The notes beneath the pieces were generated by a model, which saw only the letters and a program-made list of their open reading frames with translations, did not search any database and was not told the DNA's origin. From NCBI GenBank assembly GCA_963924565.1, contig OZ004607.1, positions 27,714,001-27,778,000 on the forward strand: DNA of 64,000 bases, read 5' to 3'. The position numbers were made by a program, and so were the translations under genes. Source of the stretch: Ascidiella aspersa (Eukaryota). This document shows positions 23,030-34,356 of the stretch, piece after piece (position 1 is the first letter of the stretch; each line of letters begins with the position of its first letter).

Positions 23030-25192
23030 CTATAACAGTGGAACTCTTATTATCAATTGTTTAGATTTCTTGCTAAACTTGGCTTTACAGAAATCATCAT
23101 TTACTAGTTTGTTGAATGGCAGTTTCAGATAGTATTTCTCTGGGACAGTCAGTTCAAGCTCATTCTGAAAGTATATTTAAAAATCAAAAAAACTTTAAAA
23201 TAAAGGTAAAAAATTATAAAATAGTACCAACAACCCTGCCAAAAAAGCATATTTGTCATTTTTCAAAAAAAATATTTTCAACAACAAATTGCCTAAAAAC
23301 ATACCTGCGATAAAACTAAATCACATTCGGCCACACAACTTGCTGTTGGAAGGTTTATTGTAACCACAATCTGTTTTTCCTCAGTATCATCTTCAAACAT
23401 AGAGTACTCTGGTATTGGTAATGATTCAACTGCCACCAAAAAAAACTTGTATTAATAAGCAATGATTGGTTTTCAGCATACCGTACAATCAATATTTTAG
23501 AATTTTGTTCATAGTAATAACTAAAACCTCTTTTATTTGCCAAAATTGATTTGTAAATAATAACTTTTGACTACAACAGTGAAGTTGTAGTGGTCCACTG
23601 GTCAGTGATGTATTTTTTGTCCGAAATATACTATATCATTTAAATTTGAGTTGCAAAACTGTTGCAACAAAAATTGGGGAACACTGATCTATGTAAATGT
23701 AGCACATCAAATAAACCTGCAGCTATAAATTTTTATTTTTCTCATAAGATATTTCAACCTGTTTTCCATACATTCCCAAAATTTATGTGTTAAATACAAC
23801 AATATTTAAAATTAAAGAATACCCTTGGCTTACCTATTTCTTCTATAAGTTTGTTTTTTGGAACCTCTGATTTCACCTGTGTAGCCTTTTTGATAAGATC
23901 TGGCATTTCTTTATCGGCAGGCAAATTTTCTTCGTCAATGTTTAAATTTTTAGGCAAACTTTCAGGGGAAGATAAAATGTCACCAATGTTTTTTTCGGTC
24001 ATTTTCATTAGATCAGGGTCATTCATATCTTTCATTGGATTTTTTACAAACAAGGCAATTGGATTAGCAGGTAAATCTCCTTTGTAAAGATCTTTGCAAA
24101 TTTCATATTTTTTATTCAGGTTTACCTGTGAGAAAGTTGGATACCATTTCACACTACAATACATACAAATCAGCTAATAAACTTCAAAAGAAGCGAAGTA
24201 GAATATAAACATTATTAGACTAACAAAATATACCTAATTAGAAGAATGTTTTGCTTTACATACTGTATATTTAATGCACAGTGTTTTTGCATAAGAAAAA
24301 TACATTTAATACAATATACCTTGCATTGCTTGCTTGCGAGTTCAATTATTAAGTTAATTAGTTCATTCTTGTCGAGAAAGTTGCTTAAAATTTCATCCAA
24401 TACCCTTTTATTTGCTGCTACAGGTATGGTTATAAAACTTCCACCATCTGATACAAAAAATGCTTTAAGGTAGTACATAAAGCAGAAATTCTGGAGCATT
24501 ATTACTGATTTAGAACTCTCTAATAAAAATCAAGCCACAATAGGTATTAGGACTAACAATGACCTTTTTTTGATACATGTCTTTTGAGAAAACCACACAT
24601 TAACTTTAGAGGCTCTTCGTCATTTTCAGGATAAGGGATCCTTAGCCATGAGCAAACATTCACATAAACATCTGGACTGCCGTTATTCTGGAGTTATAAG
24701 CAAATACAAAATTATGTTTATTACCATTTAACAATATCGTATAAATTATTTTGTTAGTTTAACACAGCGTACCTTTAAACAACTTTGCAGTAAAAGTGAG
24801 ATACTTGTTGTGCAAAAGTTAGTGGGGTTATTGTTTTCCTAATTACACTACTGTACTTAAAAATATCCAATCATTTATTTTGGATCTGGTGTGACCAGTA
24901 TTTTACTGGAACAAATGACCAAACTTGACAATAAAAATTCAAAATTAAATTCGCCACCACTTTTTCTTGCTATTTTTACCTTGAATGGACATTATATAAC
25001 TTTACATACAAAAGTTTACTGTACCTGCTGGCATTTAAAACATAATTCTGGGCTTGGTGGTTTCATGTAAATTTCTCTTTCCTTCATTTGCTCATCGATA
25101 AACTTTTTGTAACCTTCTGGGTCATTTGCAGATAGATCTTCCAATCGGTCCCATATGTATTTCGCTTGATCTTGCAAATCTTTTCCGCTCAT
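23030..25192 (-). CDS. PIH1D2: PIH1 domain-containing protein 2 (R2TP-like co-chaperone, axonemal dynein preassembly), 323 aa
   Basis: Exons 25192-25025, 24687-24564, 24447-24320, 24125-23834, 23429-23305, 23164-23030, all phases consistent. N-terminus IWDRLEDLSANDPEGYKKFIDEQMKE..PSPELC..VYVNVCSWLRIP and a C-terminal CS-like part (INLPTASCVAECDLVLSQNELELTVPEKYYLKL..AKFSKKSKQLIIRVPL) match my recollection of vertebrate PIH1D2. Confidence 0.9.
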
Positions 25193-25697
25193 GTTGAACG
25201 AAACGAGAAAAAATTATCAAAATCTTCAATAAATCAACCGCTACATTTACTAAACAAGCTTACTCAGGTTGGGGAATACCCAAAATAAAACTAATAAGTG
25301 CATTTTATAAATCCAGAAGTATATAAAAATGATGTGATACATTATGATATATAAGGTTACAATTGGGTTTATACAATGAACAATTTATATATTAAATAAA
25401 TCAACTAATATTTTCTTCGTTAATAATTTTTACATTATTTTGCCGTAGATTTATTTGCTAAGGTTTTGTAACTTTCAAATTTGTAAATTTCTACTTGTAT
25501 TGTTAATTGATTTAATTTAGTAAATAACTTGGCCAGCAATGTAAGTAAGACTGCAGCCTTTAAATTGGATAGTTACCTAAGCTTGATAATTAGAAATATT
25601 TTAATATATACCTAAACACAACGAAACAATTGTTTAAATCAGGCACATTTCAGGAAAAATAGTTTAAATTTCGCAAGTTAAACCAAAATAAACTACA
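25193..25697. promoter_or_regulatory. Probable shared (bidirectional) promoter region of PIH1D2 and TMEM17
   Basis: Only 505 bp separate the two divergent ATGs. Confidence 0.55.
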
Positions 25698-27066
25698 ATG
25701 TCGAGCAAGCCTTCAAACCAATCTAGCTTCACCCCACAAGTTCGACAAGTACTTACCAACTTATCAAGTAAAATTTTCTCACAACAGCAAACGTACAATC
25801 ACATGGAAGAGACGTTACCTGGTAAGTTTTCATTTTTGTTTTACTGTTATTTCATGCATTAAAAAATTGTAAATACACATTTTTTGGATGTGTTGTTATG
25901 AAAGAACTTGTTAGATTTTTATTTTTCCATATTTTAACACTTTCCTATCATTTTTTACTTTTATTGTGGCTAATTGTTTGGAAAGACAACCTTTAGAGTA
26001 AAATTATTTGCAAAATTGTCTAATTGAGAATAATAAGCTGCCAGTTTGTTGTTTTCAGTAAAAATCAACAGATACTTTCAGTAAAAATCACTGCAAGTCC
26101 TCAATAGACTAACCGAATTAGTCCATCAATTAACGGTTGTCATGCAAGCAAGGATAGGCTAGAAAAGCAGCTTATTTGTGAGACAAACTCATTGCCCTAG
26201 GCCATTCTTCTACCAACTGAGCTACACAAGCTCAAAGGGGAGCAGTGACGAAACAACTTTGACACCTTTTATTGATACTATAATTTACATACCAATTTGT
26301 AAAATTGTTTTTAAATACCTTTTAAAATTTAGGAAATGAAGTTGTGACAAGTTTGCCCCTACAGATGGCAATGCACTTCAACGTTTTCTTTTTTCCGTTT
26401 TGGTTGACATCTGAAGCATTGATGCTTAACTTAAAATATCAATACCTTGATGACACCTACAAAGTGTTGTTGATTGCTGTGCTTCTAATATTTTCCGTTA
26501 TTGAAATCATCCGACTTTATCTTGGCTATGTTGGAAATCTCCAAGAAAAAGTAAGTTCTATGGTTTATCCTATGACTTGGTCTGCACTTTTAAAACCAGG
26601 CCACATTTTAACTAATGCATTAATATTTAGGGTGCATAGGGTACAAAAAAACAATTATTTTTCAAAATAGGAGGCTTCCCAAAGTGTTTGCTTAAAGCCT
26701 ATAGTTTGTTTAACATATGTATCATGTGTTCCATTAGGTTTCACCGAATTTTATTTTTAGGTTCCGGAAATTGCTGGGTTTTTGTTGTTTACAATTCTTC
26801 CTCAGTTTCCGCTGCTTTTATTTTTGCTTTTAAATGATTCCATGATCATCATGCCACTTGAAAGAGCTGTATGCATTGTGCTTCTTCTACTCTATTTGGT
26901 CGAGATGGTTTCTGCCTATTTTACTGTTAGAGCTATGGTTCACCAGCAAACAACCAAAATGCACTTGCAGCAGTTTGTTGACCTTGAACAAATACCAGGA
27001 CAGGGCACATATGATGTTTATGGTGACCTAGACATGTCTGTCCGGCGAAAAACTGCCAGAGCTTGA
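25698..27066 (+). CDS. TMEM17: Transmembrane protein 17 (ciliary transition zone, MKS module), 215 aa
   Basis: Exons 25698-25821, 26333-26550, 26761-27066. Motifs SLPLQMAMHFNVFFFPFW and IEIIRLYLGYVGNLQEKVPEIAGF, with four hydrophobic segments. Confidence 0.93.
26101..26232 (-). mobile_element. tRNA-derived SINE-like repeat, copy 1 (TMEM17 intron 1)
   Basis: Minus strand tagctcagttggtaga (A box / D arm) and a decayed B box; homologous to 27330-27462. Confidence 0.55.
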
Positions 27067-27329
27067 AAATGCATTTGTTTTACTAAATGGTAATTTGGGA
27101 TTTACAGCTTGGCATTGTCATCACTTTTAAATGCTTAAAATGAGGAAGACACTTTGTTTTCTGTTTTTTCTAGGTTAAGCATTTTATTTTCATATATTTT
27201 ATACACTGTTTGTACTAGTTTTATTTTCGTTATTTTAATAGATCATATGACGTTTATAAATAAACAAAACTATTTTCTATTTTAATGGTTCAAAAAAACA
27301 AGGATAACAGCAAGGTACAACTTAAGCTT

Positions 27330-27462
27330 TCAATAGACAAACAGAATTCGATGATCAATTAAGGATTTGCACCCAAGCAAGGCTAGGCTTGAAAAGCAGC
27401 CTGCTGTGTGGTTTGAACTCACGACCTTGGCCATATAGGCTGCTCTACCAAGTAAGCTAAAC
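27330..27462 (-). mobile_element. tRNA-derived SINE-like repeat, copy 2
   Basis: Minus strand tagcttacttggtagagc (A box) .. ggtcgtgagttcaaacc (B box / T arm), followed by a non-tRNA body shared with copy 1 (+ strand agcaaggctaggcttgaaaagcagc, tcaatagac). Confidence 0.6.
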
Positions 27463-28136
27463 TTCCAGTTTATAGGTTGTTATCGGTAATTAAAATGCAA
27501 CTTTAAAACGGCTGGATTACAAATCTTTGTTATATACTTAAGTATGTGTATCTTTTATTGAGTTGATGGAATAAAGCAGTTCCCTCAACGCGATATTGTC
27601 TGAACTAACAACAACAGGATGCATCGCAATGGAGGGATGGCCCAGGGGTTGCCACAAAGTATTTCAAAGAACTTGTTTTGCCAAAAGTGTTAACTGGCAC
27701 GGCGGCATGTTGAGTTGGACACCCCTGGTATAGCATATGTTTGAGTTAGATTTCATTTTAAAATGTGTTTCAACATGTTTTCGCTTTAAAGTTAAGGTAT
27801 TTGTCAATTTAAACAAGATTTTATTTCTTTCTAGGCGCGAAATATGTTACGCCATTGCCATTTCTTTTATTTTAACTCGATTGAGGTTACTGTTTTATGA
27901 TTGATTTTCCAACAACATATTTTAAAGTTGTTTTGATGCATCCCAATCAAGTATGTTAAATCCATCCTCGGATTTCTTGTAACTATGTGGTACGTTATAA
28001 AACACTGGGCTATAGTAACAATTCGCCTGTAGTGACACATGGTTCAAAGTCCCGTGCCTAAAAATATATAATGGCGTCGTGTATACGAACACTTTTGTTA
28101 AAGTGACACCAGGTTTCTGTTCTGTAGACTCTAAAA

Positions 28137-28521
28137 CAGTGGTCGGCAAACTTTTTTGTCGCGGCCCAAAGTACTCCTTTCAGAGCTATTACAGGCCTAC
28201 TACGTAAAAAAGTACGAAAACAGTGGCGGATTCAAGAGATTTGATTTTAAGGTGAAATATTAGATGGCGCCTTGATGCCCAAAACACTGCCATGGCATAA
28301 AACGAAGAACATAAAAAATTTCGTTTGCATAAAGTGAAAGTTGGCAAAAAATATAGCTTGACAGGCACTCTGAGGGTCACATTGGCACGGCTTTTACAAG
28401 CTGACAGTATCTAATGTACTGCTATCACACGGCCCACAACTACATGATAACACTAAGCTATTCAAAAGTAACTCGCGACCCACTAAAAACGGCTCTACGG
28501 CCCACAGTTTACCGATCACTG
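28137..28521. mobile_element. hAT-type MITE
   Basis: TIRs cagtggtcggcaaact / agtttaccgatcactg; TSD ctctaaaa / ccctaaaa; internal cggccc motifs. Confidence 0.75.
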
Positions 28522-29697
28522 CCCTAAAACAAGGTTACTCGAAAGTTTGTGATGCAATAATGTATAATTATAAATGCAAGAAAGAATGATAGAAAGGACT
28601 GTAGCCATATTTAAATTTGTTTAGCCATTCATGTTTACAATTGTTTAAGATGTTGAACGGCTGTACGTAGGGCGTTATCGTTAATAAAAAAGCGGCTTTA
28701 GAGAGCCAGAAGCTAGATCACTGTTAAAGGTGAATCAAAACTGGACGGAGTCAGTTTATTTGATTTGTGACGTGAACAAGCGCAGGAACCGATATGGCCG
28801 CACACTGTATATTATTAGGAGCAGAGCAGACGCGGATCCAGGAATCTTGTTTGGGGGTGGGGCAGTATTATTTTCAGATGTGACGTCACAAAGTTACACC
28901 TTAATGTGACGACTGAAAAATGTAACCTTAAGAAGGTCGCATAGTTCGTTTATTCGTTAAAGTTTTAGGCTACAGATTTGAATCAAATAAGTTATCTTAT
29001 AGAAATATATCAAATCGCGCAAAACGCAAAAAAACCTTTATATCTTTTAAGTTCCTAAAACTTTCATTTTCGAGAGTGCGATGAGACGCTCGCCTCGAAA
29101 ATAGGGTTGGACATAGTAAAACCGTAGTGGAAAAAATTGTTTGCATTAACGTAATTAAAATAGCCCCCCCCCCCCCCACTAAAAAAAACAGTTTGGGTGA
29201 GCCATGGTCACGTTCCCCCACACCGACGTTTTTGGAAATAGATCTGTGTTTATACCGTTTAAAGTCCACCCGTTTATAAATATTTTTGTTGCGCCACTGT
29301 TTCTTTGGCTGTCTGAATTAACCGTTTGGCGGGTCCACCTGTAGAGCGCAGTAGAGGGCAATATCAAACGATTTTGCTTGGATTCTCGAAAATATTTCTG
29401 GTTGGACCGGAATAAAAACGTTTAAAACCTAACCCACAAAATGACAAATTTTCTTATTGCATAAATTATATATTAAAGTTTAAAGCTCATGTTTTAACTT
29501 TTGCATGAGCATTTAAAAGCATTAGTTAACAAATTAGGTACCTCGAATCTTTTTATGCGAAACAGTTTTGGCTGTTGATTTCGAGTAGGCTAATAGTTTT
29601 AAAACCCGTGAGTTATTTTACGGCCCTTGTTCGTTTTTTTTTTCTTTTTAGTTAAGCAACGGTAAGTACTAAATTCATTTTAACCTAATATATAGGC

Positions 29698-30482
29698 CGG
29701 TCATGTGCAAATGGCGGATCGCGATCCGGTTCCGGATCTTTTCAACGTTTTGCGCTTGAAAAAATAAAATACTTACTTTTTGACTATTTTAACTATACGT
29801 AAGTGCGAAAAATTTTCTACGTCCAACTTGTTTACGTTTTGATGCTGTCTTTTGAACTAGATCAGCGCTTCAACGGAAAACGTATTCAAAAATATTGGTC
29901 ATATATTTTTTAACATTTTTTATTTTCGGCAATGTAATAAAAACTTCAAGAAATTCAAAAGAAATGCTGGTATACCTAAAAAAATCGCGCTCGCTTCGCT
30001 CGCCACGTGCCCCCGACTTACAAAGGTTCAATTTTACACAAACAAACGCCTTTTTTCGCGCTTTGTGCCAACGCTTTACTGCCTCCTTAAATGTAATTAA
30101 ACGCGCTTTTAGTGAAAAAAGAGATCCGAGGTCCGCCTGATTAAAAGTTGTTCTAACAATTTAATAACAGAATTCTCAGTTAACATTTTGTGCGGCCCAC
30201 AAAGACCTTTCGGAGTTCTCCCGCGACTAGAAAAAGGTTGCCGACCCCTGGTGTAAACCAACTCATCATTTTTCTCACTGAAACATTCTTGGTGCTGCAG
30301 CACAATTCACTTTTGACTTTTAAAAGTTATCAATATGTTGTAGGGTACATTTACATAAATAAAGCACCATAAAAATTAAAGCGTGACCAATATGTTTAGG
30401 CCTACTATTCGTATTTGGTGGATCATCATGTTGTCAGGTTTGAATGTGGTGGATCATGGTAGAAATCATTTGAACACCCCTG
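29698..30482. mobile_element. hAT-type non-autonomous element with a nested terminus
   Basis: Perfect 8-bp TSD atataggc (29690-29697, 30483-30490); degenerate TIRs cggtcatgtgcaaatg / catttgaacacccctg; a second right terminus aggttgccgacccctg ends at 30250. Confidence 0.6.
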
Positions 30483-33400
30483 ATATAGGCTATTTAAAAC
30501 CTAATATACTGTAAATCATCTCGTGTTTCAAATCCATGTGTAGCGGATCCAAAACGCAACCAGTAGGCCTAACAAATATTTTCGTTTTTCTGTTTATTGC
30601 TATCAAACGTTAAATGTCACAGAAAGTTGCAATAAATCGAAAGGTTCGCTTACTAAAACGTTTTGGAATTTTGTGAACACCTCATTTTTTTACCGTATAA
30701 AGAATATCGGATAAAGGATGATTTTAAAAAGAGCCAAAGTGACATAGGCGGGGCAACATATAGTACAATCTTTCGTGTGAATTCGGGGCGTTCGGTACAT
30801 GCTCGCGAAAACAGGCTACTGCTTCAATCATCAAGCCGGCGATTTCGGTCAGCAAACAATCATCGTCGGTGTCCTTTTGACGCGGGAAACCCCCCGACAG
30901 CCGATGTCCAGCATCCAAGAAGAAAAGAAAGCAGCTCTCGGCACAACCAAACCGCAATTTGTCTTGACGCGATATGAACTCGCCAGGATGGCAGCGGACA
31001 AACAGGCGGGGACTTCAAGCGTGCTGCTGTGAAGGGCGTTTGGCGGATTCTTCGAACTGGCAACGCCAAACGCGAAGCAGCGAAAAAGCGGCAGCAGCAT
31101 GTTTGTTCGCAGCAAAGCCACGATAATGGGGTTTGCTTAGACTGGGCGCCGCCTCGCCAGCATCGCTGCTCGTTGCACCGCCGGGGTTCGGACGCACGTC
31201 GGGTCCAATAAGCGGCCGCGTGCCTCTGTTTAGCCTTTTCTATCTGAGCGATGGCATCGCCGTTGATATTTCGCCCGACACAACTATCGGATATATCGAC
31301 GGAAATTGCCCGCTGACTCACTGAAGCGGAGCCCGGTCAGAGGCTGCACTGGCGACTCCCTGGGATAAACAAATGGCCTCCAGTCGGCTTTAAGTGGCCT
31401 AAAAACACAAGAATCAAGAAATATTTTTGACTAAATACGTTGGGAAATGTACCCCGGTGCTTTTCTTCGGGTAAACTTCCTCGAAATTTTGCTGAATATT
31501 CCACATAGAGTTCTTGTTGGGTTAACAAAATAATAATTTTTGGCATTTATTTGGATTGGTGATAATTGGAAACGATTGGTGGATTAGTGTTCTGATTGAC
31601 CTTTGGAAATGTCTAACGGGAACTTGCGTTGTATACCAGGAAAGTTGTTTTGCTAAGCCGGTGGCCATAATGGCCCAAAGCATGGACAATTTCGGGTGAC
31701 ACTTAAAGAAAATGGTGTGAACTTTGCTTCAACATTCCACAAACGACCGCGAGACTCACGTATTTGTTTTTTTTACTAAATAAAAACGGGTTTATTTTCA
31801 ATACCCATTTAAGGTGTGGAGCCCTTTGACTATTGAGGCAACGTAAGCCAGTACATGATTGTATGATTGGTGTTTAACTCAGAATATTTTTAAAAGTGAA
31901 TTTCAATAAGACTGGTACACTAATTTGCGGTGTACCTCTTCTGGCGACTTAATTTCCTTGTCTAACTCCTAATTAAAGGGCAATTACAATAATTTGTACA
32001 AACTGTCGAAACTTGATAGTCAATATAACTGAACTGTAATAGTAATTGACATTTGATTTCACAAAGCTATATTCAAAGGTAATTTTAGGGTGCTTTGCTT
32101 TACCTAGAGACCAAACCAGTTCTCCTAACCGGTCGCCGTCAAATTAATGTATTATAACAAAAGCCTAGAGAAAGATCACGAACTGCGCCTACAGTATAAC
32201 CACGACCATTTTCTTTGGAACAACTATCATTTTTCAATATTTTTTTCAAAGAAAAAACAGTCGAAAAACGGGTGTCGCAAACGTTATGGACATATTGAAC
32301 ATCGAAAAATAAGAAAAAATATCGATAGTAAGAAGAAGAAACAACGCGAATAAACGATTTGTTAAAAAGAAAGAAAAAAAACATCAAAAGACGCGAACGG
32401 GACAAAACAACAGGCCGATAAATCGCTCGCTAAGCACGACAGAATTAGCCTCCACTGACTTGGCGATGTCAGTGGATTGTTTGCCGTCTGTGCCTTGCAT
32501 AATAGCTGAGGTATATTTGCACAAACACCGGGTAAAAGGCAAATAAAAGCGCTATTACGTCGGCGGACTTTTGGGGAGAATCGTGGCAGCTCAAATAGGA
32601 GGAAGATAATTTGTTTCGCAAGTGCCGGCCAAATGCGACAAAGCAAAGCACTTGTGGCGCCAAATTCGGTTTAACCTGCCATTGTCGTCATGGGGGTAAT
32701 GTATGCGAGATTACGAAATGCTCCAGCAAGGTCGCGCACGATTTATGTAACTGACAGCGCTTTTGATTATGCATATAGAAATATAGTCGAATGAGACATC
32801 CCTTTAGCAAATATCTACGTTTAAACACAACGAGGTTAAACCGGGATTAAACTTAGTTTCAAGAATTGTATTTGTATCATCATCGCAGAATCGTCCTATA
32901 AAGTAACAGTTTTGAACGTTTGAACAACCACCACATAACGACAACAACAAGCGGGAAAACCAAGACGAAAACAAGTTAACGTTTTTCCTGTTTCCGCCCG
33001 CATAACGAGGTAACCCGCGGCCGACATCAACACACCAATAATAATGTGTACGCGCGCTTGCCAGGCAAACCAGCCAAGCGCGCGTGGCCGACCGCGCTGA
33101 AAACCCTAGTTGCTTTTCGGTCGTGCGCAATCTACACGTGCCGAGCGGCGGAGTATCGGGCGGACAAACAATGGCCGAGCATCGCCGCTGGCGCTTGCCG
33201 GGAGATGGGGGAGGAGATGGCGACCTCGCGGCGCCACAAGCCTGCTTTATCGCCGCCTCGCCAACTTATCGAGATATACGCAAGCAAGCGAGCGCCTTAC
33301 ACGACTGCTATATCGAGGAAATGCTGAAACCGCGCATGCGAATTTGGAGGCAGCCGGTGGCGTTGATGTGGGCAAGGGTGCGGTGAGGTATTCTTCCTGT

Positions 33401-34356
33401 TTGTTTGTTGGGCGCGAGGCAGTCGCGGATGGACGCCGCGTCGTAAGCCGATAAATACCCTTAACTGCCGAGCAATTTGTTACGATCGACTCTTCTTGGC
33501 GCTTTGAGTGCCCAAATGAGAAACTCGCCTTTAAATCAGACATCTTAAAATGTTACAAGCGTTCCATGTTTGTTTAAAATTTTTCGGTTTTGTATCTCGG
33601 CTGAAAGGTTACAGCGTACAAACGTTTCTTGCGGCGCAACGGGTACAACTTGAAGAAATAAAACACGCAAGGGCAAAGGCGGTGTGCCAACAACGGGCAA
33701 TTAGGTCTCTTCAGATAGAGCGAAAGATAGCGAGCGCAGCGTCTCTGCCACAAGTACCCAACGCTGTCGGTGTGTTCTAAGCGACACATTGAAAGTAATC
33801 TCGCGCGCAAGAGATAATGTGACAACAAACAAAACGATAAGATGCGGAGGGCGTTAAGGAACAAAACAAAACAAAAAACTGGCGGTAGCACATAGTGATG
33901 ATCGGGTCACTTAAAAAATTTCCATTTAAACTTGAGTGGTTAAGCAGCCGTGGCATGTTGGACACAAACGATAATATCATACGAGAATTATTTACACAGC
34001 GACAAAATCGGAGGATTGTGGACTTTGCTGGAAATAAAACGTAGTCTGGAAGGAAACAAAATTTGGTTTGCTTTTATGGTTTTGCTTCTCTTGTCAAGAG
34101 AAGAACCCATCCAAGTCGCTTATCATTAGGCCGCAGAAAATCAAAAATACAGGGAGTCGAATTTGAAAAAAAAATGCCGGTCACTTTGGCCCAACTTGGC
34201 GATCGAATTCATGGGAAGCCGGGCGAAGTGAGGGTCTGGGGTTTGGAGGAGATCATACACCTGTACACCGTATTGCAAGTGAAAAACAAAAAAACGAAAA
34301 AAATAATACGAAAAAATGAATAGAAAAAACGCGAGCGCCGGACTCGACACGAGCGG

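Noticed and set aside
23719-23759. Alternative PIH1D2 exon (VEISYEKNKNL*)
   Set aside because: Introduces a stop; the 23834-to-23429 junction restores the conserved C-terminal domain.
27400-27462. Functional tRNA gene
   Set aside because: Anticodon arm shortened and acceptor stem not convincing; shares a non-tRNA body with a second copy, so treated as SINE-like.
30663-31324. GC-rich block with several overlapping ORFs downstream of RGM
   Set aside because: No recognisable protein or splice structure; more likely regulatory.
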